In this document: positions 1-14,300 of the stretch, piece by piece
How positions within the stretch are numbered: the stretch's first letter is position 1
Layout of the letters: each line of letters begins with the position of its first letter
From: Kudoa neothunni
Lineage: Eukaryota; Animalia; Cnidaria
Direction: 5' to 3'
Assembly: GCA_964304625.1 (NCBI GenBank)
Contig: OZ199838.1
Coordinates: 6,683,731 to 6,747,730 of the forward strand
DNA: 64,000 nt
Position numbers and translations under genes: made by a program
Notes under the pieces: generated by a model
The model's database searches: none
What the model was told of the DNA's origin: nothing
Seen by the model: only the letters and a program-made list of their open reading frames with translations

Positions 1-87
1 ACAAAAATAACTGTCTTTTATTAATATTTAAGTTATAGCTGGTTTTGTGTTAAACTTGTTGTGCGCTTGCGCGATAAAGTACGTACT

Positions 88-1792
88 CAGGCACGTGCGG
101 TGGCCAATTGTTCTGGGTATGCATGGAAGGGATTATAATATAGAAGAAAGAGTTTCTAAAATTTCAACTATTTTTTTCAATCTAAAACAGTCGCAATATA
201 TTATTATCATTAAATACGTAAATAGGAATGAATATTTTAGATTTAATATACTCATCTAGAGAATTAATTGATTATAAAACAATAATAATGTTTTTTTAAA
301 CAAGACATGAATTAATCACCAAAATTTCGTTATTTTAAATAAGCGACCTATATTTCAAATTTTTAAATTATTTTCGAGATATTTTCACCATAAATCCAAT
401 CATTTATAGCCATCATTTGTATGTTAATTAATATGCTTATTTTTATTTCATCAATTAATTAATTTTAACGCTGTTACTGCGTTTAATAAAATTTAAAAAA
501 CTACAACTATGCGGAGAAAAAATTGTTCAATATTTCCCCGCTGTCTTTGACTTTTTTGCCACGAATTTCAATGCTTAAATTCTTCCGTGTGTCTAATAGC
601 AGATCAATTCTGGAAGATCCAACCGTTTTCAATATTATTTGATCATGATAATGTTTTGCAGATCACTCATGTTTATTCAAAGCGTTAGGCAAATTATTCA
701 AACTAGAATATCCTTCTTTTGGTCCCGATATTTTCATTAGACGCCGAAAACAACAGGCAAGGGAAACAACAAAGTTTTTTCGTTGTAATACATCCACACA
801 ACCATTCTTTTCTCTCGTACTATACATTATGAAAGGTACGAGTAACTTTCTCTCCTTTCTGTTTAGTTCATAAAGTTTTTGTGTTGGTCTACCACTTGTT
901 ATGATTCTCATCTTTTCTTCATGGGGAAGTTTTGAACATTATTTGAGATAGTGCCTATCCATGTTTGAAAGTAACGTGATCAAAACAAAAAACACTTCAA
1001 CAAATAATCAAAATAGAGATTAAGAATAATTTATGTGTAATTCGCATTTCGTCTGAAATATTACCTAATTTTACTACTTCGGAGGCACTGATTAAGATTT
1101 AAAGATTTAATAATTCAAAAAATAACTAGATTATCCTGTATGAGAGACGCAAATCGGCTCCCCTTACTGCATGTTGTCACGTGAGTGCATAGGATATGCA
1201 GAATTTAGTTTGCACACCTTGGCTAGTACAAAAAATAGAGATGCGTGGAATCGCGCCGCAAGTGCCAGTTACGCGCATCTACGTGTGTTTATATGGGAGG
1301 CCGGAGACAGCCGTGACCTCTGCCTACCTTGACCGAAATATTTGAAATTTTTTTCAATTGTGTGCATAAAATTTTTATTTATATATTCTTTCATAATATG
1401 TACATTATACACTCACAACTGAAAATTTCTTATTCATCTGTATTGGAAATTGGCAAATCAGGCATCGTATGCTTTAATTTGCCAATGCTTTACACACCCA
1501 GGTCCATGAAAATTACTCTATGCCGAGTTATTTCGGACTATTATTGATTACAATTTTATTAATTTTGACTCATATTCTATTTATATTGATTCTGATTTAT
1601 ATATTTGAACCAATACTGAAATAAATACAAAGCATTTTTCCATTTGCGTGCTTCGTTAATACACACATTATTTATTTTTGAATTGGTGTTATCCTATTAA
1701 TTCTCATGTTACATCCTGTAATGCAGGTACAAAAATTTTCCCACCCAACATATTCCAGGGTATGCACTGCATACCCGGATGACACGTGCCTG
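88..1792 (-). mobile_element. Degenerate hAT (Tip100/ZMYM1-like) DNA transposon
   Basis: TIR caggcacgtg (88) / cacgtgcctg (1792), with near-identical 8-bp flanks tacgtact/tacgtatc. Minus-strand fragments at ~520-915 (IITSGRPT..KWLCGC..KLCCFPCLLF..GYSSLNNL..LNKHE*SAKH) match the TTF-type zinc-finger N-terminus of hAT transposases and are broken by frameshifts and stops. Confidence 0.8.
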
Positions 1793-2172
1793 TACGTATC
1801 ATTTTCCTCGTCGTAATTAAAATAGACAAACATTAAAATAAGTCAAACAACATCAGTTAACCCTTAAAGGATAACCTTCAGTTCCATGCGCCCATCTTTA
1901 TATTATTTTGTTTATAAATTTTGTTGTTATGCATGTTATATTTTGTGTATATTCGTCAGAATTTCATCTACATCTTTAAAAGAGCATTATCTACCGACCG
2001 ACATAATAAAATAAGTTAAGGGTTAATTGAATATGAATATATTGAAGAAGAACATGTGTTGCGAGGAAACTTAATCTAATAATTTGAACAAAAAGTTATT
2101 ATAAAATAATGGAGAAATTCAAAAATAAAATATATAAATAATTTAAACCTCTTCAGCTTGGACTGAATTATC

Positions 2173-3713
2173 GGTAATGGTAAAGTATGTGACTCCAGAA
2201 AAGCACCATCTTGCGTGCGTTTTTTCCATTACGATTATCAGTAATAAATAAAAAGAATATTGAGATAAAACAAAATTCTAAATTTTCGCCTAATTCCTCT
2301 TAAACTACAGTCGGGTACACGTGTAATCCACATCGTTTTCCAATGAACACCGAAAAATAGCTGATTATTCGCTTATATTATCCTAATTAGTATACTATAA
2401 TCGTTGTTTAAATTTTCTTAATATTTACTGTAACACAAGGCCAGAACCGGGATTCGAACCTATGTTCTTTGCATTAAAAGCATTAAAAGGCGGTGGTGCC
2501 ATATCCCACTGCCCCCGATCGCGCATCTATGGTTGGTAGACTACAACCCTTATAATCCACATGTTACATTTACCTATCTGAGTTAGCGTAGTAAACCTTT
2601 TCAATAAGCTTGTCTAATATTAAGAAATAATGTGTCATCTATCTTTATTTCTAAAGATCAAATTAACTTTAAACCATTTAGTAATATTTATGATTGTTTA
2701 TTTTAGTTTATAAATTTTTATTAGTATATTATTATTAGTGAATTAATTTTCATACACCAATTACTTGTGAAATTGAAACTAACAATAATTATATTCATCT
2801 ATTTATTTTTTAAATACGACACAGTATATAATTAATGAACATTACAAATTTATTTTATTGGGACAAAAATATTCGTTTTAATAAAATAATGTCATATTAT
2901 TGTTATAGTATATAATTAAATTTTGAAATGGAATCATTTATAATTTTAATCTGTATGTTACGCCCAAATCATTCTTTGCAACAACTACCATGCTGTTAAT
3001 GCGCAGCTGAAGTGTTATGCAATGTATTGGATGTATGGCCAATTTTATGAAGATTTACTCGTTCAAATTTTCTTATAGCATTTTCTAAATGAATATATAT
3101 TTTTTTATCGTTAATTTTCTTGTTGAACTAACGGAAACCATACCAGAGAAAAAAGTACCGTTTCAATTGGAACCACCAGTTTTACACCTTAACTACCTTA
3201 AGTCGTTTTTCCGCAGAAGATAAGTAATTTTTACAGCCGTAAGTGAAGGAATAATCTATGTGATTTCTCTCGTGGCACGAAGTTTCTGCCATTGGTCTCC
3301 TTACATTTAATTTCCTCTCTTTTAAAGGAAAGGTTGAAAAATTCCAACATTTAAAACACCTTTTTGTGGCAGCTCCAAGTTAATCCTTTGTTACTGATTT
3401 GTAAAAGAACCTACCATGATCATTAATTAAACAGAAAAAGTCATCGTTCCTTCTATAACTTAAAAGTTCCATTACCGAGATTTTCGCATGGTAAATAAAC
3501 ATAGAAAAATTTAATATCGTTTTTATTAAAAACGACATAAAATAGAAATTTTGGATAATTTGCGAATTAAGAAAAAATTTAGAAGTAATTTATTTGAGCT
3601 CAATATATTCTCTCAGTATTCTTTTGATTGATTATTAGTAATCGTAAAAGAAAAAACGAGAGAAACCGCACGCAAGATGGTGCTTTCGTGGAGTCACATA
3701 CTTTACCATTACC
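2173..3713. mobile_element. Non-autonomous TIR element with GGTAA termini and 8-bp TSD (Merlin-like)
   Basis: ~50-bp TIR ggtaatggtaaagtatgtgactcca...gcaccatcttgcgtgcg, mirrored at 3665-3713. Perfect 8-bp TSD gaattatc (2165-2172 and 3714-3721). Family assignment rests on termini and TSD only. Confidence 0.8.
2436..2525 (-). mobile_element. tRNA-derived SINE head / tRNA-like relic nested in the Merlin-like element
   Basis: Minus strand shows a degenerate A-box (ggggcagtgg) and a perfect B-box GGTTCGAATCC. The anticodon region is disrupted by a cttttaatg duplication, so this is not a functional tRNA. Confidence 0.55.
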
Positions 3714-3725
3714 GAATTATCTTTA

Positions 3726-5459
3726 CATTAAGGCCTCGATATTACGTGGTTCGATATAGCGTGTTTCCCATTTTTCATTAATATTTATTTCTGAAAATTC
3801 AAGAAACTCGACATGGGTAGTGTCAACCAAGTATAAACGAAAGAAATAAAAATTATTCAGTGCGACAAGTCTAATTAATTTATACAACGAGTAAAACCTA
3901 TTATTACTGAGTTTAATTTTCCAAGTAGCTAATATCGCCAGATTCATATTTAGTCCAAATAGTTTATTCATCTCTCGATGGGATATTTTCAAAAGGGGCA
4001 GATACAATTAATTCTAATATTTTAACTGATCGCATAAGAATTCAAGTATGGAAAATATAGAGAGCTAGAAAGCTGCCTTTACAATTGGATTGTGACCCAG
4101 CCAGAGAAGAAGAAAAGTATTTCTGGGTTTCTAATCAACAAATAAACAGAAAACTGTAGCCACAAGCCTAAAAATTAATGATGTATACTTCAGTAAAGGT
4201 TTGGTTTCAAATTTCGAGATTAATTACTGTTTGGAAAACATTATTTTGCATGTTGAGGTTGGAACTGCGGATACAATTAACGTATATGAATGGATCTAAA
4301 AGGTTTCTGAAGATTTTTAGAGGCGGAAACTTGTAGAAATTATTAATTTGGACAAGACTACTCTCATCTACGAACAGTTGTGACAATGAACACATATTGA
4401 AAAATGAAATCGGTTTGAAAACGATGAAGTTCTCGAAAACGAGAGTCATCTTGGTAATTGCTTCGTTCAACGGCGACAAATTCCTTCTATAGATTATAAG
4501 AAAATTGAAAAAGCCACGTTATTTTTGCAGTATCAATAAACTCCCAGTAAAATACCCATTCCAAAAAACGGCTAAATGTCAGCAGCTTCACTATTCTAAA
4601 TTCCTAAAACATTGATAAACACTTTAACGAATAAAAAAATTTTTCCTATTTTTGATTAATGTAAATATCGTCCTCAATTAATAAATCAATGTAATTATAT
4701 CGAAATGAACTTTCTTCCGAAGAATACTAATGTAACCAAACCAATAGATTTTGAGGTCATCCATTATTTGAAGTTTAACTATAGAAAATCATTCGTTAGT
4801 CAGTTTATTTTTCAATAATTCTACGAAAATTTTCAAATATACTATCTTGGAATGTCTTAGTATTTTGTAGGCAGCGTGGGAAATGGTGACCAGCCCAACC
4901 TCAACTCAGGAATTTTTTTGCGAAATATCCGATATCCAGAAATCGTGCAATTAATTTAAGGAAACATTTATAAACATAATTGATGACAAATTTAACGTGA
5001 ATATTATTCATACCGAGAGAGCAATAATTGATGGTATGTGATACAATTGGTGCATTTTTAATTTATTGTTACTAACAACAGGAATGAAGTTGTTGAATTG
5101 AAGCAAGTCAAAGTTATACACGAAGAAACGCACAGTAAACCTGATAAAATGTCCCAGGATCAACAAAATGCAACGATGATCCCGTTCTTTATTAGGAAAA
5201 TCAAATAATTACGATACCTGACCTAAAAACAATCATGAATACTATTGGATAATCATTTATATTTGAAAACCCATCTCCATCATTTCACAACCATCCTATA
5301 TGGATGCCCTATTTAAAATTATAGGACTTGGAACAAAGTTAACAAAAAATTGATTATTTCTTCTATGAAAAAGGTATAGTAATGTGCACGCTTAAACACT
5401 CGATATTGCGAGGTAAATTGCTATTCCTAAAAAAACCTCGCTATATCGAGACCTTATTG
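3726..5459 (+). mobile_element. Decayed pogo/Tigger transposon
   Basis: TA-flanked TIRs cattaaggcctcgatattacg / cgctatatcgagaccttattg. Internal DDE_1 remnants with stops (YEQL..KFSKTRVILV..GDKFLL*IIRKLKKPRY; FLPKNTNVTKPIDFEVIHYLKFNYRK; AAWEMVT) resemble the element at 30922. Confidence 0.8.
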
Positions 5460-6780
5460 TATATAGCTTTAAAGTTTTTTCTTTTATATAATTTTTATTC
5501 AGTCTTCAGGATTAATTTTGAAATTCATTTTATCGTACGTAAGAGATATGAAGTTGATTTAGGGTCTGATTTTACGGGGATGTCAATATACGCATGCGTT
5601 ATTGTAGAATTCAGACTTTTGGTTTTAACATGATTATTAATATTGCTTTTTTAGTATTATGATTATATTCATATCCGCTTAACTAATATACATATATACT
5701 ATAAATTGAATTTATACCCATCTAAAACTAACTACATACGATAATTTCTAATTGCCTTTTTACTTAAGCATATCTTTAAACTCTATGAATATCGATTACT
5801 AAAATGCGCATAAAATATTGAGTTCTTTCATTCTCAGTCGAAGTATATTATTAAATATAGAAAATCGGCTAAATGCGAAAGCTTCGCGTGCGGGGAAAAT
5901 TGTTATTGGTTGAACTTCTTAAATTTTAATCAAAAAACCTTATTAATATTTTGTTGTCTTTAATCATATCTTGATGTGAGGTGCATGGTGCATGGTGCAT
6001 AGTGCATAGTGATTTTTTCTGATCATTATTTTAGCCTATAAAACAAAATTAAGATTGAAATAACAGTAGTGAAATTTAACTTTCCGTTTTTTCCCATTTT
6101 TTTGAAGAATTTTAATTGAAATCCTCGGTTATAAAAGTAGTTGATGCATTGGTAATATGATCAAATATCATAACAAATGTTGATGATAAAAAAAATCATA
6201 AAAATCTATTTCCAACGTATACTTATAATTGTAGTTTCTCCATTTTTTGTGCTTAGATTAATTGTGCATCTCAATTAATTGTATTTATTTAATTAGAAAA
6301 TTCGCTATATTTTAAAATTAATTAATTTTAAGATTTAAGTTTCACTCAATTTTTCAGAATTCGAAAAATAAATAAATTGGAATGTAATTTATAATCATCC
6401 CAAATTTAATCACTTTCTAATATTCGCAAAATTAAAACCAAACCCTAAGAAGAAAAATTATATTAAATTTCAGTTTCCAATTAATCTTTAATACAATTTC
6501 TCATTAATGTATGTTGTGTTAAATTAACTCCTATTTATTATTTTATGATGAAGGAAGAAAATTTATTAATATACTCAGTAGAAGCAATATTTGTTCACTC
6601 ACTTTTTAATACAAAATGGAGGAAATTATTTATCAATTTCTTAATACGGTGAAATCCCAGTCATCCAGAAAACTTGGGTAAGTAATGTTCTTTTCGGATA
6701 ATTAATAAAATTCAATAAAATGAACACAAAAATCGGGCTTTTATATCATCTTGTTCGTTGAGGGAATTAACTTTCTAAGG

Positions 6781-7349
6781 CAGCGATTTTCAACCAGGGT
6801 TCCGTGACAGGAATACATATGAAAATTTTTTATAGGCATCTAAATTTAAATAAATGTCGCCGATATGTTTGGCAATGTCGAATATGAACAATTTTTTTCA
6901 TTTTAATTAATTATTATTCTCATAACAAGTACCTAAATCTATTATAACCTTCACAATAAAGATTTTAAACCGTTAAATTTGTTAAAACCTCATTGAATAA
7001 TGGTAGCGGTGTTTCAAGGACCTGAGTTCGTTTTTGAATACAAGAGCTCGAATTTCGTCAAATTTTGCTATTGTTTCGTCTTTTTACCTCTAAAAACTTT
7101 CTGCACAGCAAGCATTTTGCGATACCAGGGATCGTGTTGTTCTATTGCAATTGAAACAGCAGAAAGTGAATGGCCCATGCTTGCTTTCACTTATGAACGA
7201 TATCCAAAAAGTTATCGATTTTGATTCAACGCTTTAACATGAAGACAAAAAATATCCGAATATTATAGCTGTAATACAAAATAAACTTTGAAAATATTTC
7301 TGTTATTCTTTTGGGGGTTCCACGGTTCCGAAAAGGTTGAAAACCATTG
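6781..7349. mobile_element. hAT-Charlie-type MITE
   Basis: TIRs cagcgattttcaacc / ggttgaaaaccattg, subterminal ggttcc(g) repeats, and NTCTANNN-like flanks ttctaagg/ctctacga. Confidence 0.7.
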
Positions 7350-7375
7350 CTCTACGATATCGAAAAACGAACGGT

Positions 7376-7730
7376 TTCCAAAGATTTTGGGGTAAAATTC
7401 CCCCAAAGTTTTTTTAAATAAATTTAAACAAAAAATTGTAATAAATTTATTCCTAAAACATCATATGGTTTGACACAGTATATTCAGAGAAAAAGTGTTA
7501 TTACTCACATTACGAATACTCGTAAAACATACGGCATAAGTCACCAATTCTTCGGTAATGCACAAAGGTAAAAAATGTAACTGCTATGTCTTTTACTTCA
7601 ATTCCTAACTTAATTTATTTTTTAACATAATGAGTTAATATAGAATTCATTTTGAATAATAAACACATTTTTTGTATGAATAATTAAGTAAAAATTATGC
7701 CGGGTGAATTTCATCCCAAAATCTCTGGAG
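7376..7730. mobile_element. MITE-like inverted-repeat element, unclassified
   Basis: ~28-bp inverted repeat tccaaagattttggggtaaaattcccc / gggtgaatttcatcccaaaatctctgga. No clear TSD. Confidence 0.5.
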
Positions 7731-8310
7731 GTGTTTTTTAGTTTTTAATGACTTCCTATATTTTTCTAAAAACCAAACACACAAATCTTACTTAAAATAA
7801 ATTTATACGTATAACGATAATTTCATATGCATTAAAAACCCATGAAAGAATATGTGATAGGATTAAAACTTGTTTGGGTTGAATTTGACAACAAAATCCT
7901 TAGAGGGTTAACAATGAAATAGAAATTATCGGATACTATCATTTTTTAGTAACAATCATAATTAACATAATAGCTTCGAAGTGATGCATCGGAAAAGAGC
8001 TTAAAAATCAATAGGATTCCGTGTGATTGATTTCAGTAATTAAACAACGAAATCACGCACGGCAGTGGCATTAAGTTTTAGGTAAATAATATACTTCAGT
8101 CAATATGTAGAATAGAGATGAAAAATAATATTTAATATAGGATAAAAATCCTCAAAAATATTGTATTGTGATAAATTCTAACTTAAAAACGCTGTAACTA
8201 TAAAACATGACAAAGAGAACATAACAAGACAGATATAATTCTATACAAATAATCAAAAAAGATGAGCGATATTCACAGGTAGTAATAGCCTTGGTAAAAT
8301 TATATTTGAA

Positions 8311-11300
8311 TTAGGGACCCTTTGGACCTGATCTAGTAAATGAACTTCTAGTGGGGCTACAAAAGCGGTTCATAGAATTAGATTGCTTTCGATTGAGTCG
8401 ATGAGCCATTTTATTTGTTGATTTATTTAACAAGAAAGCTGAAACAGGAGATATATTCTTGCTTTCAACGTGCTTTCCACTTAAAGACTCATCAGAAAAA
8501 TATTGAGGGTAATCAAAGTTAGCATGCTTGTGGCGTGGACTCGATACTATTGGGGTCTTAACATCTTGGTTGACTGAAGATTTGATTTCGGTAGACTTCA
8601 CGGAAGATGCATCAAGTAGATCGCCCCCTTCAGTGGTAATGTGTGGTTTGCTTCCCTTGCTTGAAATTCTCGCTAAATTTCATCATGTATGCATAAAATA
8701 ACGACAAAAATAAATTAATAGACCTACATCCAAAATTTTCACTAAATCTTTCCGGTACATCGTAGCTACAATATATTGAGCTAAATAATACCAGAAATAA
8801 AACTAACTTACTTTAATACATCATCAAAACTTGACTTGTTTGAAAAAACAGACGATTGCTCTGATGTAGCATCGTTGCAGGTATATATAGGAATGGGTTC
8901 TTCATTTGATTGCTTTGAAAATATGACAAATTTAAGTTTTTCTCTCAGTTCCTCTTGATAATTATTTCGCCTATCCTAAAATATTAAATAATTTTATTGG
9001 TCATAAAATCACAAAGAATTGTAAGTATATGAGACATTCACCGAAATATCATCGTCAATTCGGGTTTCGGCATTTCGATCAAATATGCGATCAACACTAC
9101 AAGTGTTCCTCCTGAAAACGATTAAACCCTTAGCAATTGTTAAATCTGTTTACATGTCATAGAGCGGTTTGGGTGAGGTAGGGAGTGGAGGTTTTTCCGC
9201 AAGTGAGCGTTCTCTAACTTCTGATGTGATATCACTATTAGGAACTTCATATTGGTAAGATTCTAATAAAATTTGTTTATTACACACCACTATTGAATAT
9301 ACCCTTTTCTTTTTGTCTGGTTTTGCTCCAATGAGATGAACTTGTGAGTCGTTTGGTGTTTGTTTTGATGGCTATCTGTGGAGAAATAAATTAGGATTCG
9401 GTTGTAGATTTAGTAATTACGTATGAGCTTCTGAATGAATTGCAAATCTTAAAAAATTTATCATCGGAGGTTTTTTTGAAAATGCATTGAATGATTTACA
9501 TTTTTCTTTATATTCAAAAGTTGTTCTTTATGTTTGTAATATCTGTTTCCACCTTCTATGGTATTGAATAGTTAGAATTTACAGCGATTAATTTTGTTTA
9601 TAACATTATTTCAAAAATATCATTAATAAAGTAGAATAAAATCAAAAATCATCCATTAAAATTATTAAAAGAAATAAAATAATATTCACAAACGACTTAG
9701 ATTACATAATCCTCCAATTAAAAAACAACTGAAAAAAAACTCTAAGGAAAAAGGGGGTGTGAACAAATTATAGATCTTTTTAATTAATAAGATTAACAAA
9801 TAGTATGATACATGAATAGAGTTAAAAATAATTTTTAATTGTGATCATACAGATAAATAAGGAATATTCCTCAATTAATTTTAAAATGGTTTTGTACGTT
9901 GATTATTATTAAATCCCCATGTAGGAATTGTAATATTAGAATTAAACAGCTCATATTCTCTATAAAAAAATATTATTGATTTGAAAAAAACACAACTATC
10001 TAGGCATGTTTGACATCATATTGCTGTTAGAGAATCACTTATATTTCTGATAATAAAATATACGATTATAATTTGTAATTTAGCTTTAACTTTGGTAGTT
10101 TTTTACTACAAAAGTTAAATACGAAAAGTTTTAAATAATTCTAGGGACATTTATCATATAATATGATGGACATTTGAATTAAAATCAATTGTATGCAATA
10201 AGGCTCAGCGTGTTATTGTATAGTCTGAACAACAGGGTCAAAAATTTTGAATTTCAAAAAGGTTCTGAGATAGTATTTTAAAAACTTACCCCAACAAATT
10301 TTAGAGGGTGAATAAACATGGTTGCTACTGTGTTGATTTCAATTCCAAAGAATATCATTGTAAATAGTTGAAAAATTATTTTTAATTATATGTAGAATAC
10401 ATGTGGAGTGGTTTATACCCCAATAATGTAAGATAGTGGATTAAAGGTTGAATAATAAATACAAACGGATTATATATTTTCGCATATTTTTTAATTTAAT
10501 GTATTAAAGCCAAATATTCTATTTAATATATCATAATAAAAAATTTACGTTTAATTGTTTGACTAGTGAGCAAAGTGACAGTGTTATCAATGATATGGTT
10601 TTCAAAGTGTTCTCTTAGCTAAAGTTTAATAAGAATCAGTAGTTACGACTTCATGAAATGCAATTTTACATGCTGATCACAGTGGTATTCATGCATTGAG
10701 GGGACAAGGCTGATGTTCTAATGAAAAACTCAGTCAAGAAGAAACCACTCACCCAAATAATATGAAATAAAATGTTTATGCCATAAAATTACTTCGCTTA
10801 AACAATCGAATGTAATGGAAGGGCGCGTTATGCTTCGACCTTCATTCTACATCACTTAATATTGTTAAAATTTTTCAAAATGTAATTACTAGGACACTGG
10901 AAGTGTCCAAGGAGTTATTTCGCACATATGGGCTAGTAGATACCAAAGAACTACGTATACAATAGGTAACTTCTCGGTAATTGTCAACTTGGTCTTTAAC
11001 ATCGAACTAAATTGAAATAGATTCACTAATTTCTTGTATAAAGCTAACTGTTTGATAGAAACTATTTAAGTTTCTACTTATGAAGCTGTCACAGTGAGAA
11101 ATTTCTAGTCATAACAAATAAAAAGTAGGCCAAAATGACACATATTCATCCTCTAGAATTACCTGTGAGATATTTTAAGGTCTTTATTTCAAAGATGTCA
11201 AGAGTTTGAGATTGTCTTTTAGAAAATTGATCCATTTTAAAATGAATAAACTAAGTCAATTTAAATATTAACGCTGAAAAAATCAATATTTAATGCAATA

Positions 11301-14300
11301 CATTTTGTACTATTGGTAAATCCATTAATTTCGTCTGTACATTTGCCAAATGTTTATCGTTTGAATGGAAAAATCTAGTGGCCAAATACATTCCAATTAT
11401 TATTAATTTAAAATAGAATATTATCCAATACATACACTCTGGTATCAAATGCCAATTTGTCCTATATAAATATATATTATTAAAGTTTATAAAAGAAGAT
11501 AAAGTCCTATTACTCTGCCAATAATTTTTTTGATTGAAATCACGTAGTTGCCAATTAGTTTTATCATCAATGGAATGAATATTGAGAGAAAGACGATTTG
11601 AAATTGAAAATTCTCACTTCGACTTATTTCACTGGAAATTTTATGAAACTACGCAGAAATAAGTTCAACTAATTTAAGGACAACAAAAACTAGGACAGGG
11701 GTAGGCATAACGTTCACATCTCAGGGCTTCATCACATAAAAATGCAGAATTTTGACCCATCAATATATTAATATGGCAATAAAAGTTTTTTGTAATAATG
11801 GATGTATTCAACAAAAATGAAAGAAAAAATAATTAATTTTTTCTTGTATTTTTTAATCTTTATTTATGATTGATCCTTTCACTCCTACCTTTTATTTAAA
11901 TCAACAATGATATCAAAAATGCTTAATACACTAAGCATTTATTTCTGCTACTTTATATTATTAAAACCTTTATCAGATTTTCAAACATAATTAAATAATT
12001 ACGAAATAGAAAAGAATGTTTAATTTAATTCAGAAATTTTCAAGTTCAAAACTGGCGAATTCCACATTTTTCAATCCATTAGTTGTAAATCTAAATTATT
12101 TATTTAAACTATAAAATAACTATTAAATCACAAATTTTATTTCATGCAATAAAAAAATATGTTGATAATGTGATACCGGGTTTTTATGAACGGAACACGA
12201 AAACTACATTCAAACTTTGACTTTTTAGGAAGATGTATACTAATAATTATACCCATTATATTCATTTAAAAATTAAAATTAGTATTTTCTCATGAAATAT
12301 CATTATAGTGAATTCATACATGATAAAAAGTGTTATTAGAATAGAAAATCAATTCACCCGCGCATGCGCGCGAAAGGAGCAAGTGGATTAAAAATATTTA
12401 ATTATTTATTTTGTATTTTACTGGTAATTTTAAGTTGGTATTCGTTATACAATTAAACTAACAAAAATTTTAAAAAAGAACTTGGTTGAATAATTACTTT
12501 AAACAAATAAATAGATATTCAAATATGATATTCATAAAGTATAATATATCAATAAATTTTTGTAATTAAAGCTCCGTATTGAATAAACATAAAATTATGG
12601 AGTGAACTGTTCCAAAAATTAGTCGAAACGATGTACGTAAAGAAATTTAAGCGTCTGATTCTAAAACTGAATGAATCTCCTATTGGCACTGGCTATTGAC
12701 ACGTAAGCTTTTAATCTAAAATAGAAATATGCTTGTGCCGAGTTCAATTTTAATCCCGGCGACTCCTATTTATAGTTGATCTATAAAATTTATTATTTAT
12801 AATTAAATACAGTCAAAACTACATCGACCTTGAAATTATGATCCGTGTCAATAGCCACTTCCTCTCTTATTTTCTTCCACTACACCCGCCGTATCAAGGC
12901 GAAATTAAACCGTATTTTGCTTACCCCTTTCAAACCAAATTTCATCAATAATTTAGAATTTAAATATATAAAAAACACATACAAATGAACTTCCAAGAAA
13001 CATCCTGTCAAATTCCAGAAATTTTGTGGGATAATATAGGTGATCATTGTCTATATCATACGTGACTGTATCTTCTTGGTCGATTAATTCCGCTGCATCC
13101 TTGAACATAAAATAAATTGTAAATCAACTCTCAGCAACCTCTTAAAATGTTCTAGTGGGTTTAATCCTTTTAACACGAGATTTTTCATTGTTAATAAAAT
13201 TTATTTTAAGGGATTATTTATAGTTTCGGTTATTTTAAAATTATATGAAAAAATTTAATTCAACATTTAAATAATCGGCACATTAAGCCTTAAGATAAAG
13301 AAAACCGAATCCCGTAGATTAATGTCTGACTAAACTTTAAAACTATACCAATAATTTATACATATTACACAAGACAAACTTAAAAAACTAAAACTAACGG
13401 TGAAATCGTCTTAAAAATATTAAATTAGCATTAGCGTTATTTAATTTTAGAAAATTTTACGAGTTTTGAGGCAATCAGAATTAAGATGATCGAGAAAATA
13501 GACCTAACGAGTGTCATGTAGTTAACCAGTTTTTATTTTTCTGTTTTATAATCACAATGTATAGCAAAATTTAATCATAAATAGTGATATTATATATAAA
13601 TAAAATGGTCTTCCCCTGTGTGTGGAGAATATTTCTATATTGCCATTTAACATGTCATAAATTAACATAAGTATTGGAATTTTAATAGTTGTTCTAAATA
13701 ATTTAATTAGCTAATATATATAAGCTTGTCCAGCAAGTTTATAATCAAGTTCGATAAAAGCGATCCAATAAAAATAAGCTTTTTGGGCAAGGGTATCAAA
13801 TTAATGAAATAGCATGAAAGGAACTATTTGTTTAAAGTCAACTGATTCTTCGTTCTTTTTTAATGTAAAAGATAAGAAAATAAATTGTTACAGCGTGATT
13901 TCCATCGTTAATACAATTATCATTTCTAACTAGAGAGTTCAATCAATTATGTGCAAAATATTCTACCAAATTGATGAGTTAGCTTTATAAAATTAAAATC
14001 TTCATCAGCTAATGTAATTAAGGGAAAAAATATTTAGAGGCTACAATAATTTATTGCTTTCCAGACTTTTTTCAATTAAAGAGTACTGCTTAAACATGAA
14101 AGCTCAATGGACCCTTTTTTAGTCCAAAATGTAATTAAATGCTTATGAAATTATGGAGATATTCTATATAACAACATTAATGTTACGTTAATTATTCAAA
14201 AAATGACTCATTGCTAATTCGAGCTCAAAAAATTAACGAAAACCAAACTTTGACCCTAAATAACTTTGGATTTACCTTGAATTGATATTTATGTATTCCA

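Noticed and set aside
2436-2525. Functional tRNA gene
   Set aside because: The acceptor stem and anticodon arm do not form, and there is an internal duplication.
5981-6012. Short (gtgcatg/gtgcata)n tandem repeat as a CRISPR-like or telomeric array
   Set aside because: It has only four 7-bp units and no spacers, so it is an ordinary slippage repeat.
11690-11740. Intronic C/D snoRNA (GTGATGA on the minus strand)
   Set aside because: There is no correctly spaced terminal D box or terminal stem.
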